From the NCBI GenBank assembly GCA_903859075.1, contig CAIOLF010000003.1:1-43968 (forward strand): a stretch of DNA of 43,968 bases. Direction: 5' to 3'. Shown here piece by piece: positions 36,169 through 43,968 of this stretch. Every line of letters begins with the position of its first letter. Positions within the stretch are counted from its first letter, which is position 1. The notes under the pieces are model-generated. The model was not told the DNA's origin. It did no database searches and saw only the letters and a program-made list of their open reading frames with translations. This DNA is from Candidatus Buchananbacteria bacterium (GTDB taxonomy: Bacteria > Patescibacteriota > Patescibacteriia > 2-01-FULL-39-33). The position numbers and the translations under genes were made by a program.

Positions 36169-37251
36169 TTATTCATTTCTTTTCGGCGCCTCAAGCTGTA
36201 GCGGCTCAATGGCGCTTTCCGCGCCGGTGATTTTGACGACATCTTTATCAATCTTTTTTAATTCCTTGTCAGCCGTGTTATAAGCATTGACGGTCGTCGC
36301 TAAGCTGCCGCCAAGTTTTTTGAAATAATCGTCATAAGCCACTACATGTTTTTGCAGCATCTCTACCCGCTTGATTATTTCCTTGGTCTGCTCCTCAATT
36401 TTTAGAGCTCGCAATCCTTGCATGACGGTCTGCAGATAAGCGGCAAAGGTAGTCGGCGAGACGATAATCACCCGTTTTTCTTTGAAAGCGTAGTCAATTA
36501 GACTGCGGGTATTAATTTTTACCGCGCCGACTTCATTAACAAGCAAGTCATAATAAATCGCTTCAGCCGGAATAAACATGAAAGCGAAGTCCATCGTGCC
36601 CTTGCTGGGCTTGATGTATTTGCTGGTTTCATCGATTCTTTTTTTCAGATCATTTTTAAACTCCTTCTCATACGTCTCTCTCTTGGTCGGATCATCTTCG
36701 TTGACCACGCGATTATAATTTTCCAGAGAAAATTTGGCGTCCACCGGTATGATCCCGTCTTTGGTAAAAATCGCCGCGTCCACCGTATCGCCATCATCAA
36801 ATTGATACTGCAATTTAAAAGCCGTCGGCGGCAGGATATTATCCAGCACCAGATGCAGAGCCGATTCGCCAAGATTGCCACGCTGTTTCTGGCTGGTCAG
36901 GACTTTTTCCAAGTTTTTGAGCTGCTCGGAAAACCCCATCACCTGTTTATTGGTCTGTTGCAATTCAACGATCTTTTCGGTAATGCCTCGGACGATATTG
37001 ACGCTCTGGTTGAATTGCGTCTGCATCTGCTGGGTGGATTGCGACAATTTATTATCCATAGTCTGATTCAGCCCCTTAATGCTGCTGTCCATGGTCTGAT
37101 TGAGCTCTTTGATGCGTTCAAACAGCAATAAATTGGACTGATCATCCTTTTTGCCAGCCGCCAGCTGTGAGAATCTGTGATTGAAAAAAATAAACAGCGC
37201 CGCCAACACGGCAATGAGAATGACTATTAATATTATTAAAATAATTTCCAT
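36169..37251 (-). CDS. rmuC: DNA recombination protein RmuC
   Basis: N-terminal TM, coiled coil, RGNLGESALHLVL and the C-terminal nuclease-like region typical of RmuC. Confidence 0.85.
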   Translation of the reverse strand: MEIILIILIVILIAVLAALFIFFNHRFSQLAAGKKDDQSNLLLFERIKELNQTMDSSIKGLNQTMDNKLSQSTQQMQTQFNQSVNIVRGITEKIVELQQTNKQVMGFSEQLKNLEKVLTSQKQRGNLGESALHLVLDNILPPTAFKLQYQFDDGDTVDAAIFTKDGIIPVDAKFSLENYNRVVNEDDPTKRETYEKEFKNDLKKRIDETSKYIKPSKGTMDFAFMFIPAEAIYYDLLVNEVGAVKINTRSLIDYAFKEKRVIIVSPTTFAAYLQTVMQGLRALKIEEQTKEIIKRVEMLQKHVVAYDDYFKKLGGSLATTVNAYNTADKELKKIDKDVVKITGAESAIEPLQLEAPKRNE

Positions 37252-37282
37252 AATTCTTAATTCATAATTCTTAATTAAAAAA

Positions 37283-37831
37283 CTACCACCAAACTTTCTT
37301 TATCTTTAAAAGATACGCCACAATATTTACGATCGGATGCAAGACTAATGACAAAACAATCGCGGCAACAATTATTTCCCAAGAAGGCCTAGCAATAATA
37401 TAAATAAAAAGAAAAAAACCGACAATATAATCAATCTGATCAAAGACCGGCCAGGAACGTCCCGATTTGATACCAAAGCGCCTTTTAAAGAAGCTCTTGA
37501 GCAAATCTCCGAGTATCGCCCCCAGTCCTCCCAGTAATCCTAATACAATAAACCCAGAGTAGTCAATTATGGCTAAATTACTAAAAATATTGCCAGCAAA
37601 CAGGCAATATTGGATAAAAGCGGCTATAACACCGCCGGCAATGCCGGCGATTATTCCCCGCCAGGTTTTGTTCTCTCCAAAAACTCGATCCGACCCTAAT
37701 CTTAGGCCACCATCGATCGGCTTTTTGAAAATTTTCAAAATTTCCAGCCGATCAAAAATAACCGGCATCATATTAGCTAGATAGGCCGGCCAGCAAAAAT
37801 AAAAGGCTTTCAAAATTATCAATAAAAACAT
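37283..37831 (-). CDS. CDP-archaeol synthase (CarS/DUF46) family membrane protein
   Basis: WPAYLANMMPV...KPIDGGLRLGSDRVFGENKTWRGIIAGIAGG matches the CarS-family signature as I remember it. Abuts the upstream ATPase stop codon. Confidence 0.7.
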   Translation of the reverse strand: MFLLIILKAFYFCWPAYLANMMPVIFDRLEILKIFKKPIDGGLRLGSDRVFGENKTWRGIIAGIAGGVIAAFIQYCLFAGNIFSNLAIIDYSGFIVLGLLGGLGAILGDLLKSFFKRRFGIKSGRSWPVFDQIDYIVGFFLFIYIIARPSWEIIVAAIVLSLVLHPIVNIVAYLLKIKKVWW

Positions 37832-39805
37832 CTAGTCCAATTTAATGATCTCACCGGGACCTAATTTGTTAGGCGCGGTCTTATTATCTTCATCTTTTGA
37901 TTTCAAATCCGCATCCCCGCCAAGCTTGGCCGACTCCAGGGCTTTTTTTGCTTCTTCATACCATTCCAGTTCGGTATGGCTCTTTACTTCCAAAGGATTA
38001 GCTGCCGGCTTAGCCGTGCTATCTTTTTTTATTTCTTCTCGTTTCTTTTCTTCTTTTAACAAGTTGGCCATGGCTTCTTTTTTTTCAACCGGCGGCTTGG
38101 CCGTTGCCTTGAAACTGACCGGCGGCCGACTGAGCGCTTCACCTAAGCTGATCGGCTTGGCTTTCGGCGCTTTAGGAACCTCGTCAATTTCCGGCATGGC
38201 GACTAGCCGTTCGTCTTTCTTTTTGCGGCGATCTTCTTTGACCTTGACAAAACAGTCATCGCAAAAAACCGGGCGAGTCGGATCCGGTTCAAAATTTAAT
38301 TTTGCTTCCTTGCCGCAGAGCGAGCAAATAGCAGAAAATTTTAGTTCATTTTTTACCGGTTTATTGCCGCTTCTCGTTCTTTCTTCTTTGGGTTTTTTGC
38401 TAAAAACCGAGGCGACATCTTTTCTCATCTTCGGAGAGATCTCCCGATCGAATCTGGCCGGCGCCGGCCTGGCATCCTCTCGGTCATGGCCGATTGTTTC
38501 CGTCAATTTTTCACTTAAATCAAGGCCACTCCAACGATTGATCTTGTCTTCCACCACGGCCCTAGGATGAGCGTACCTCTCCCGCGATACCTTAATCACC
38601 TTGTCGGCGTTATCGGTAATCATCTCGTCAAACAGCGGCGGCAAGGTATTGGCGGAAAAAGGATCGGAAGAGATGCCATCAATCATCAACTTGAGATAAA
38701 TGGCGAAAGCCGGCAGATTAACCAAGTCTTCTTCGACAAAAAACGGGGTGAATTCCTTTACTAATTCTTCGGCATCAATGGCGCCGACGCGGAAGCAGAC
38801 CAGGGTGCCGACGTTGCCAAAGATAGCGGCCGAAACGATCTCCGGCAGCTGCAGGATATACTGATGGGCGACAGTCAGATTAAGGCGGTATTTCCTGGCT
38901 TCCGACAAGATACTGGCAAAACTGTCGGTGGCGAAATTCTGAAATTCATCGACATAAAGATAAAAATCCGGGCGCTCCGTTTCCGGAATATCCACGCGGC
39001 TCATGGCCGCCATGTAAAGCTTGGTAACAATCATGGAGCCCAGCAGCTGCATCGTATCTTCGCCGATGCGGCCCTTGGATAAATTAAGGATCAATATCTT
39101 TTTCTTATCCATTATCTCGCGCAGATCAATGGTCGATTTGACTTGGCCGACGATATTTCTAATCAGAAAATTAGACAAAAATTGGCCGACTTTATTCTGA
39201 ATCGGAGAAATGACTTCTTGCAAAGTACGTTCGTTCCACTTTGAATATTCATTAGTCCAAAACGATCTCACTACCGGATCTTTGATTTTATCGATTACTT
39301 TATCGCGGTAATCCTTATCGACCAAGATGCGCATAATGCCCAGCAGAGTCGATCCGGGATAATCCAGCAGCGCCAGGACGGCATTGCGCAAAATATACTC
39401 CAAACGCGGACCCCAGCTTTCGGCGAATTGTTTTTTAAAGACGCCGACGATGCCGGAAGCGATCAGATGCTTATGATTTTCATCAACCGCCTCCAGGATA
39501 TTGAAGGCGATGGGAAAATCGGAATCGGCCGGATTGATATAAACAACGTCATTAACGCGGTTGGAAGGGATGTAATTGAGGACTTTTTCGGCGGTATCGC
39601 CGTGCGGATCGATATAGCAGCAGCCCTCGCCGTGGATCACATCGGAAATTATCATGTTTTCCAGCAGGGTCGTTTTGCCCATGCCGGTTTTACCGATAAT
39701 ATAAACATGGCGCCGGCGGTCGTCGCGTTTGATGCCGAAACTCCTTTTGGAGTTGCGGAAATTAGTCTCGGCAAGAATAGTTATTTCATTGGGCGGCGTT
39801 GACAT
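37832..39805 (-). CDS. VirD4/TraD-like (type IV coupling protein family) P-loop ATPase with C-terminal zinc ribbon and charged tail
   Basis: Walker A IIGKTGMGKTTL, Walker B LYVDEFQNF, RKYRLNLTVAHQ block. CSLC...CDDC ribbon at 38252-38326. Lys/Glu/Pro-rich tail. Confidence 0.75.
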   Translation of the reverse strand: MSTPPNEITILAETNFRNSKRSFGIKRDDRRRHVYIIGKTGMGKTTLLENMIISDVIHGEGCCYIDPHGDTAEKVLNYIPSNRVNDVVYINPADSDFPIAFNILEAVDENHKHLIASGIVGVFKKQFAESWGPRLEYILRNAVLALLDYPGSTLLGIMRILVDKDYRDKVIDKIKDPVVRSFWTNEYSKWNERTLQEVISPIQNKVGQFLSNFLIRNIVGQVKSTIDLREIMDKKKILILNLSKGRIGEDTMQLLGSMIVTKLYMAAMSRVDIPETERPDFYLYVDEFQNFATDSFASILSEARKYRLNLTVAHQYILQLPEIVSAAIFGNVGTLVCFRVGAIDAEELVKEFTPFFVEEDLVNLPAFAIYLKLMIDGISSDPFSANTLPPLFDEMITDNADKVIKVSRERYAHPRAVVEDKINRWSGLDLSEKLTETIGHDREDARPAPARFDREISPKMRKDVASVFSKKPKEERTRSGNKPVKNELKFSAICSLCGKEAKLNFEPDPTRPVFCDDCFVKVKEDRRKKKDERLVAMPEIDEVPKAPKAKPISLGEALSRPPVSFKATAKPPVEKKEAMANLLKEEKKREEIKKDSTAKPAANPLEVKSHTELEWYEEAKKALESAKLGGDADLKSKDEDNKTAPNKLGPGEIIKLD

Positions 39806-39814
39806 AAAATAAAA

Positions 39815-41473
39815 TTAAATGAAAGGCAAATTAGGCGGAGGAGCCGGCTTTTTTATCGGCGCCGGCTTCGGGGAATCAATTGGCTCTGCTGCCGTCTTAT
39901 TTTTTAAAGGCGAAATTGACGGAGTCGCGGGAGCCTCTTTTTTTATGGTTTTGGGCTCCGCGGCTGCCGCCTCAGTAGTTTTTTTATCGTCAGTTTCTTC
40001 TTCCAGAGTCGGCAATGACGGCATAATCGGCCTGGCCGGCTCAGAACTTTTTCTTTTAGCCGGTTTTTCAACAACCGGAATCAAATTATCGCCAGCCGCC
40101 AGCAGCTCTTGCCTGGCTTCGGAAATGCGCTGATGGTAAGGCAAGCGCGATGGCGGCGCGGCCCTCTTGCTCTCGGTTTTTTCGACAGTGGCCGCTTTGA
40201 CGGACATTACCGGAAAGTGCCACAGGGTCGCCAGTTCTTCCTGGCACATATAATGATTGCCGACGTCTTCGCCGTAAAAATTAGTCCGGGTCACGTATTG
40301 GCGCAGAATTTTATTTTGCCGCTCGGCGATTCTTTTGGTTGTCAGGAAATAATCGACCGCCGTCTTGGTGCGCTTGCCCGGCTTAAAGCCATTGCAGTCG
40401 CTGGAATTGAACTGCTGAATCGCGCCAATGACCGCGCCGACGCCCCGGCCTTTATTAAAGACTTCGTTCTTGCCCAAATAAACCAAGCGATATTTGAAAC
40501 GGAAACGATGCTTGGAGAGCTTATTCTGAATTTTTTCCAAAACATTTTTTTCTCCCGGTGATAATTTCTGGATATTCCAATCCTTTTTTTCATCTTTTTT
40601 TGCTTCGGCTTCGCCGCCGATAATTTCATTAAGCAGCAGATTGACATTGCTGGCGGCCGCGTCGACAACCCCGAAAATCTGGTCGGAAAAAGTTTTGGAC
40701 GGCTCGTAGGTCTGCCCCGTCATCTTTTTAACGGTTTTTTCCGCTACCTCTCCCCATTTTCCCGCCGGCATCGGAGTTGCCACCAGCTGCAACCAAAGCT
40801 GTTCGCCCGGACCGAATCGGGTAAGAATTTCCATCAGTCCGGCCATGGGATCGAGCAATTCTCCGCTTAAAGTATGCTCAAATTCGTTATAACTACGGAC
40901 AGGATAGGGAAAGTCTTTGACCAAGACGAACTCGGTACCCCAGAGGTTGTACTCCGGATTGGGAAAACGCAACTTAGCGTAATCTTTGGCATAATCCTCG
41001 ACTTCGGTAATTTCCGCGTCCGGATATTGGGCGTAAACCGCCGCCTCTATCAAATCGCGGGTCTCAGTGGTGCAACGGACCAAAAACTGAACATAACCCT
41101 CCAAGCTGACTATTTCAAAAGAAAAACTCTGCTGCAGAGCTCCTTCCCAATAAGTATCCACTAAATTGTAATTTTTTTGGGCGCCCATTAGTGCCGCGAA
41201 AATACTCTCCACGGCCTTGGGCGTCTGGATATTGTTTTTTGGTATATCAATGGCCAATAAGACAAATGTCCATTTCTTATAAAATCGTCCTTGGCGGCCA
41301 TCCAGCCAAAGATCATAAAGCGCTTTAGCGAATATTATTACCACGATAATCCAGAAACCATGGGTAAAAAAATACCAACCCACATAGAGCGGATTTTGGG
41401 AGGCAATATCTGATAGCTGTCGGATAAACGGCGCCATACCGGTCAAAAAACCGGAGCCCAGCTGTTCTTCCAT
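39815..41473 (-). CDS. Membrane protein of unknown function, partner of the VirD4/TraD-like ATPase
   Basis: Two N-terminal TM helices, large soluble domain, Pro/Ala/Lys-rich C-terminus. 9-nt gap to the ATPase gene. Confidence 0.5.
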   Translation of the reverse strand: MEEQLGSGFLTGMAPFIRQLSDIASQNPLYVGWYFFTHGFWIIVVIIFAKALYDLWLDGRQGRFYKKWTFVLLAIDIPKNNIQTPKAVESIFAALMGAQKNYNLVDTYWEGALQQSFSFEIVSLEGYVQFLVRCTTETRDLIEAAVYAQYPDAEITEVEDYAKDYAKLRFPNPEYNLWGTEFVLVKDFPYPVRSYNEFEHTLSGELLDPMAGLMEILTRFGPGEQLWLQLVATPMPAGKWGEVAEKTVKKMTGQTYEPSKTFSDQIFGVVDAAASNVNLLLNEIIGGEAEAKKDEKKDWNIQKLSPGEKNVLEKIQNKLSKHRFRFKYRLVYLGKNEVFNKGRGVGAVIGAIQQFNSSDCNGFKPGKRTKTAVDYFLTTKRIAERQNKILRQYVTRTNFYGEDVGNHYMCQEELATLWHFPVMSVKAATVEKTESKRAAPPSRLPYHQRISEARQELLAAGDNLIPVVEKPAKRKSSEPARPIMPSLPTLEEETDDKKTTEAAAAEPKTIKKEAPATPSISPLKNKTAAEPIDSPKPAPIKKPAPPPNLPFI

Positions 41474-41565
41474 AAAAATTTATCTATTTTAAACTAAAAA
41501 GCCCGCTGGTTGGCAGGCAATTTAGCTATCTTGGGTATTGATTTTTGCCTTTAAACCTTGTTTAT

Positions 41566-41594
41566 ATTATAGCAAAAATCAATTAGATATTCAA
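41566..41594 (-). promoter_or_regulatory. Candidate promoter of the membrane-protein/ATPase/CarS operon
   Basis: Minus strand: TTGAAT (41594-41589), 17 nt, TATAAT (41571-41566) with upstream TG. Confidence 0.5.
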
Positions 41595-41596
41595 AA

Positions 41597-42772
41597 TTAT
41601 TGATTGGCTGGTTCTTCCACGGGGGCGTCCTCGGTCTTGAGCGTATATCTGTCCCCTTTGACTTTGATTATTTTGGGATTATTCATCAGTGATAAATAGA
41701 TAGTGGAGCGCTTGACTTGTCTCTTGTCTAAAACTTTTTCAATGATTTGGTCCTTGGTCAAGGGACCGTTTTCTCCCAGGATCTCTTCCACGACATCAGC
41801 CACATTGCCCGGCTTATAGCCCCATTCTTTGAGGGCATAAATGCCGCGTCCGATCAATACGTACTTATCATCAAGAATCAATTCATTGTGGACGGTGGGC
41901 GGATAAGCCATTTTGCCGTCATCAAAGCCATTTTCATTGATCAGGCGGGTAATTTCCGTAAAATGAAGCGGATCGCCGGCTTTTTTCAGAGTGACATAAA
42001 TTTTATCATTGATTTTTCTCGGCTGGACGATGCCCCAAGAAACCAACCCCCAGTCATTGAATAAATCCTGCTTGATTTTGCGGCTGGCGCGCAAATAGCT
42101 TTCTAAAATCTTATTAACATCCTCTTCAGTGGCTTCCAAGAAACTGACCGCGGAGAGAACTTTATCTTTATTGGAATTAAAATATTCCGTCTCTTTGAAT
42201 TGAGCCAATAAATCTTCCATTTTGATCGGTTTGCCATTATTTTCAATGATAGCCACCATATTGCTGATGACCTCTTTGAGCAAATTAACATCAGCGGTGG
42301 AAATTTTCCAAAGGTTATTAAATTCGCGGTCTTGGCGGACTTTGCCGATATTTTCGGAGAAGATGTATTCCGCCAAAAATAGCATGGCATTTTTGCTTTC
42401 CGGATGGGCATTAATATAATTGAGGACGTTTTCCAAGAAGAAAGACTCTTCCATAACGCCGCCATATTGCTCCAATAATTGGGCCACCAGGCTTTCAGTA
42501 TCCTTGATTTCGGATTTAAGCTCGCGCAATTCTTGGAGTTTCTTGATAGTCAAATTCTCAATCTGGCGGACTCTTTCCCGGGTGATGCCGTAAGATTGGC
42601 CAATTTCCTCTAAAGTATGCTTTTTATCGGTTTCCAGGCCATAACGCTTCCTGATAATATCTCTTTCTTTTTCGTTTAAATTCAAAAGCAATTCATTCAG
42701 GGTTTCCACCGGATTGAATGAAGCAATGCTTTCTTTGAATTTATTCTTTCTGACTTGGTCTAAAATTGCCAT
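41597..42772 (-). CDS. Sigma-70 region-4 HTH protein fused to a HARE-HTH-like C-terminal domain
   Basis: N-terminus ERDIIRKRYGL...TLEEIGQSYGITRERVRQIENLTIKKL is sigma region 4. The C-terminus LHFTEITRLINE...VHNELILDDKYVLIGRGIYALKEWGY resembles HARE-HTH (RpoE-delta N-domain). No region 2 is recognisable. Confidence 0.7.
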   Translation of the reverse strand: MAILDQVRKNKFKESIASFNPVETLNELLLNLNEKERDIIRKRYGLETDKKHTLEEIGQSYGITRERVRQIENLTIKKLQELRELKSEIKDTESLVAQLLEQYGGVMEESFFLENVLNYINAHPESKNAMLFLAEYIFSENIGKVRQDREFNNLWKISTADVNLLKEVISNMVAIIENNGKPIKMEDLLAQFKETEYFNSNKDKVLSAVSFLEATEEDVNKILESYLRASRKIKQDLFNDWGLVSWGIVQPRKINDKIYVTLKKAGDPLHFTEITRLINENGFDDGKMAYPPTVHNELILDDKYVLIGRGIYALKEWGYKPGNVADVVEEILGENGPLTKDQIIEKVLDKRQVKRSTIYLSLMNNPKIIKVKGDRYTLKTEDAPVEEPANQ

Positions 42773-42885
42773 ATTTTAAGTAAAATTAGTATAATATTTT
42801 TGGCTAAATATAAACAAAATGTTAATATTTTCGGAAATTTGTCTTAATTATATCAAGAATAAATGCTTTTGTCAATAAGCCACCA

Positions 42886-42914
42886 TTGACAAATCAAAAC
42901 TATTGTCAAATAAT
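42886..42914 (+). promoter_or_regulatory. Candidate promoter of cassette 3
   Basis: TTGACA (42886-42891), 17 nt, AATAAT (42909-42914). Confidence 0.45.
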
Positions 42915-42989
42915 AACTAATGTGAGAGCAAATACGTCAAGAATGCATTAAGGTAATTGAATCATCAACCAGCAACGGAGGAACGTCTA

Positions 42990-43574
42990 ATGGGATCAAA
43001 TGTGGTTAAGAAACGAAAGGCTAGGGAGAGTCTAGCGACGCGTATCGCCAGCTCTAAGGAGTTAGTCTTAACACCTGATATTTGCGAAAAGATCGTACTT
43101 TCAGGAGGGCCGACTTTTCGGACAACTGCCGGCGGGCACATCTGTTACCAAACCGGCAAGCGTCTCAAACGCGGCCAGTGCCAGAGCTACAGTGCGCGAA
43201 TACTAAATGGCACGCCGGCGATGGTCGCCTTCCGAGCGGCCAAAGCTAAAATAGTCGAACACAGACTTTGCCCCGGTTGGACGCCACCACCTTCGCCGCC
43301 GATGAAGACGTTGGAGTGGGATGAATCAGCAGGCAATTGGCAGGATTGCCCATGCTGCCATCGCCAGGTAAACGTCTACGAAACAGGAGAGAGATACCAT
43401 TCATATTGCGGCAATACTTTCATGGTCGTAAGGAAACAGCAACCGGTCGGTTCCATCAAATTCTACGGCAGTAAGTACTACGCTTGTCCGCACTGCGAAC
43501 GCGCAACCTGGATCGACTGCATCGGAACTGATACCTGCGAAAAATGCGGCAAACGGATCGAAGCGATAAGATGA
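42990..43574 (+). CDS. Hypothetical Cys-rich protein with multiple zinc-ribbon-like motifs (194 aa from the ATG)
   Basis: GGAGG 7 nt before the ATG at 42990; the track uses an upstream TTG at 42957. CPCC...YC and CPHC...CEKCG motifs. Higher G+C than the flanks. Has its own terminator. Confidence 0.55.
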   Translation: MGSNVVKKRKARESLATRIASSKELVLTPDICEKIVLSGGPTFRTTAGGHICYQTGKRLKRGQCQSYSARILNGTPAMVAFRAAKAKIVEHRLCPGWTPPPSPPMKTLEWDESAGNWQDCPCCHRQVNVYETGERYHSYCGNTFMVVRKQQPVGSIKFYGSKYYACPHCERATWIDCIGTDTCEKCGKRIEAIR

Positions 43575-43577
43575 CAA

Positions 43578-43612
43578 AGCGGCCCCGTAATTACGGAGCC
43601 GCTCTTTTCTTT
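43578..43612 (+). terminator. Rho-independent terminator of cassette 3
   Basis: agcggc-c-ccgt aatt acgg-a-gccgct stem followed by CTTTTCTTTATT. Confidence 0.7.
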
Positions 43613-43629
43613 ATTAGTTTTATTTCGTT

Positions 43630-43693
43630 GTCATCCCCGCGAAAGCGGGGATCCAGCTAAATTTCTCTGGATTCCCGTTTGCACGGGAATGAC
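43630..43693. repeat. 64-nt nested palindromic element (three hairpins closed by gtcat/atgac)
   Basis: gtcat-[ccccgc gaaa gcgggg]-[atccag ...10 nt... ctggat]-[tcccg tttgca cggga]-atgac. The two halves are also imperfect inverted copies of each other. Confidence 0.85.
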
Positions 43694-43726
43694 ACAGAGG
43701 ACATCCATGATTATCAAACAAAATTA

Positions 43727-43968
43727 TTATAGCTTGTTATTTTTTATATCAGCCCGCAGTCGTTCCATCAGCCTTAAATAAAAATCCAGATTATTCAGCG
43801 TTGCCAAACGCATCCCCAACGGTTCGCCAGTCTTGAATAGGTGGTGCAGATAGGCCTTGGAATAACTTTTTAGGTTTGTCTTATTGATCAGTGTAAAGTC
43901 TTTCTTGAATTTGGAATTGGTGATGTTGATAGTTTCATATTTAAAAGACTTTTTCAGATTAACATACA
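43727..43968 (-). CDS. tgt: tRNA-guanine transglycosylase, C-terminal end (partial, N-terminus beyond the window)
   Basis: Not in the ORF track because it runs off the window edge. The minus-strand translation ends ...SKAYLHHLFKTGEPLGMRLATLNNLDFYLRLMERLRADIKNNKL*, matching the Tgt C-terminus (YLHHL...ILG.RL.T.HNL.FY..LM). Confidence 0.8.
   Translation of the reverse strand, partial: YVNLKKSFKYETINITNSKFKKDFTLINKTNLKSYSKAYLHHLFKTGEPLGMRLATLNNLDFYLRLMERLRADIKNNKL

Noticed and set aside
37845-38570. A 241-aa plus-strand ORF.
   Set aside because: It is antisense to the low-complexity Lys/Glu/Pro tail of the VirD4-like ATPase. Its Ser/Leu/Phe-rich mirror composition marks it as a shadow ORF.
42957-42989. 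The TTG start of the Cys-rich ORF at 42957.
   Set aside because: The in-frame ATG at 42990 is preceded by GGAGG at the correct distance, while the TTG has no RBS.
1-43968. I looked for CRISPR arrays, tRNA/rRNA genes, transposases, integrases, prophage genes and toxin-antitoxin pairs.
   Set aside because: I found no spaced direct-repeat arrays. The only tandem repeats are 14 nt x 2 in locus A and 15 nt x 2.4 inside the rplY coding sequence. No T-loop/acceptor cloverleafs appear in the intergenic regions, and no recombinase-like ORFs are present.

Overview
Gene-dense, low-G+C bacterial chromosome segment with about 40 protein genes, most on the minus strand. It carries translation and secretion housekeeping genes (rplU, secD, secF, tsf, rpsB, rpmE, prfA, prmC, rplY, 3' end of tgt) and lower glycolysis (gap, pgk, two tandem gpmI, eno). 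It also has a SEDS protein, a MacAB-like ABC efflux set, a tightly packed group-3b-type [NiFe] hydrogenase operon, rmuC, a CarS-family lipid gene and a VirD4/TraD-like ATPase module. This mix suggests a Patescibacteria/CPR-like organism, but that is inference only. I found no rRNA, tRNA, CRISPR array, transposase or integrase. Three things stand out. (1) A HypC-domain/HydE-like radical-SAM fusion gene sits inside the NiFe hydrogenase operon, next to a zinc-finger-less HypA and a membrane-anchored methyltransferase. (2) Five G+C-rich islands occupy intergenic slots between conserved housekeeping genes, each with its own promoter-like sigma70 element (four near-consensus, island 5 weaker). Three are ORFan gene cassettes; two are ORF-free, hairpin-rich loci of about 385 nt and 670 nt that look like unclassified structured RNAs. 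(3) SecD carries a parvulin PPIase-like domain where the P1 head normally sits. All calls come from reading the sequence and ORF translations by eye. No database search or folding program was run.
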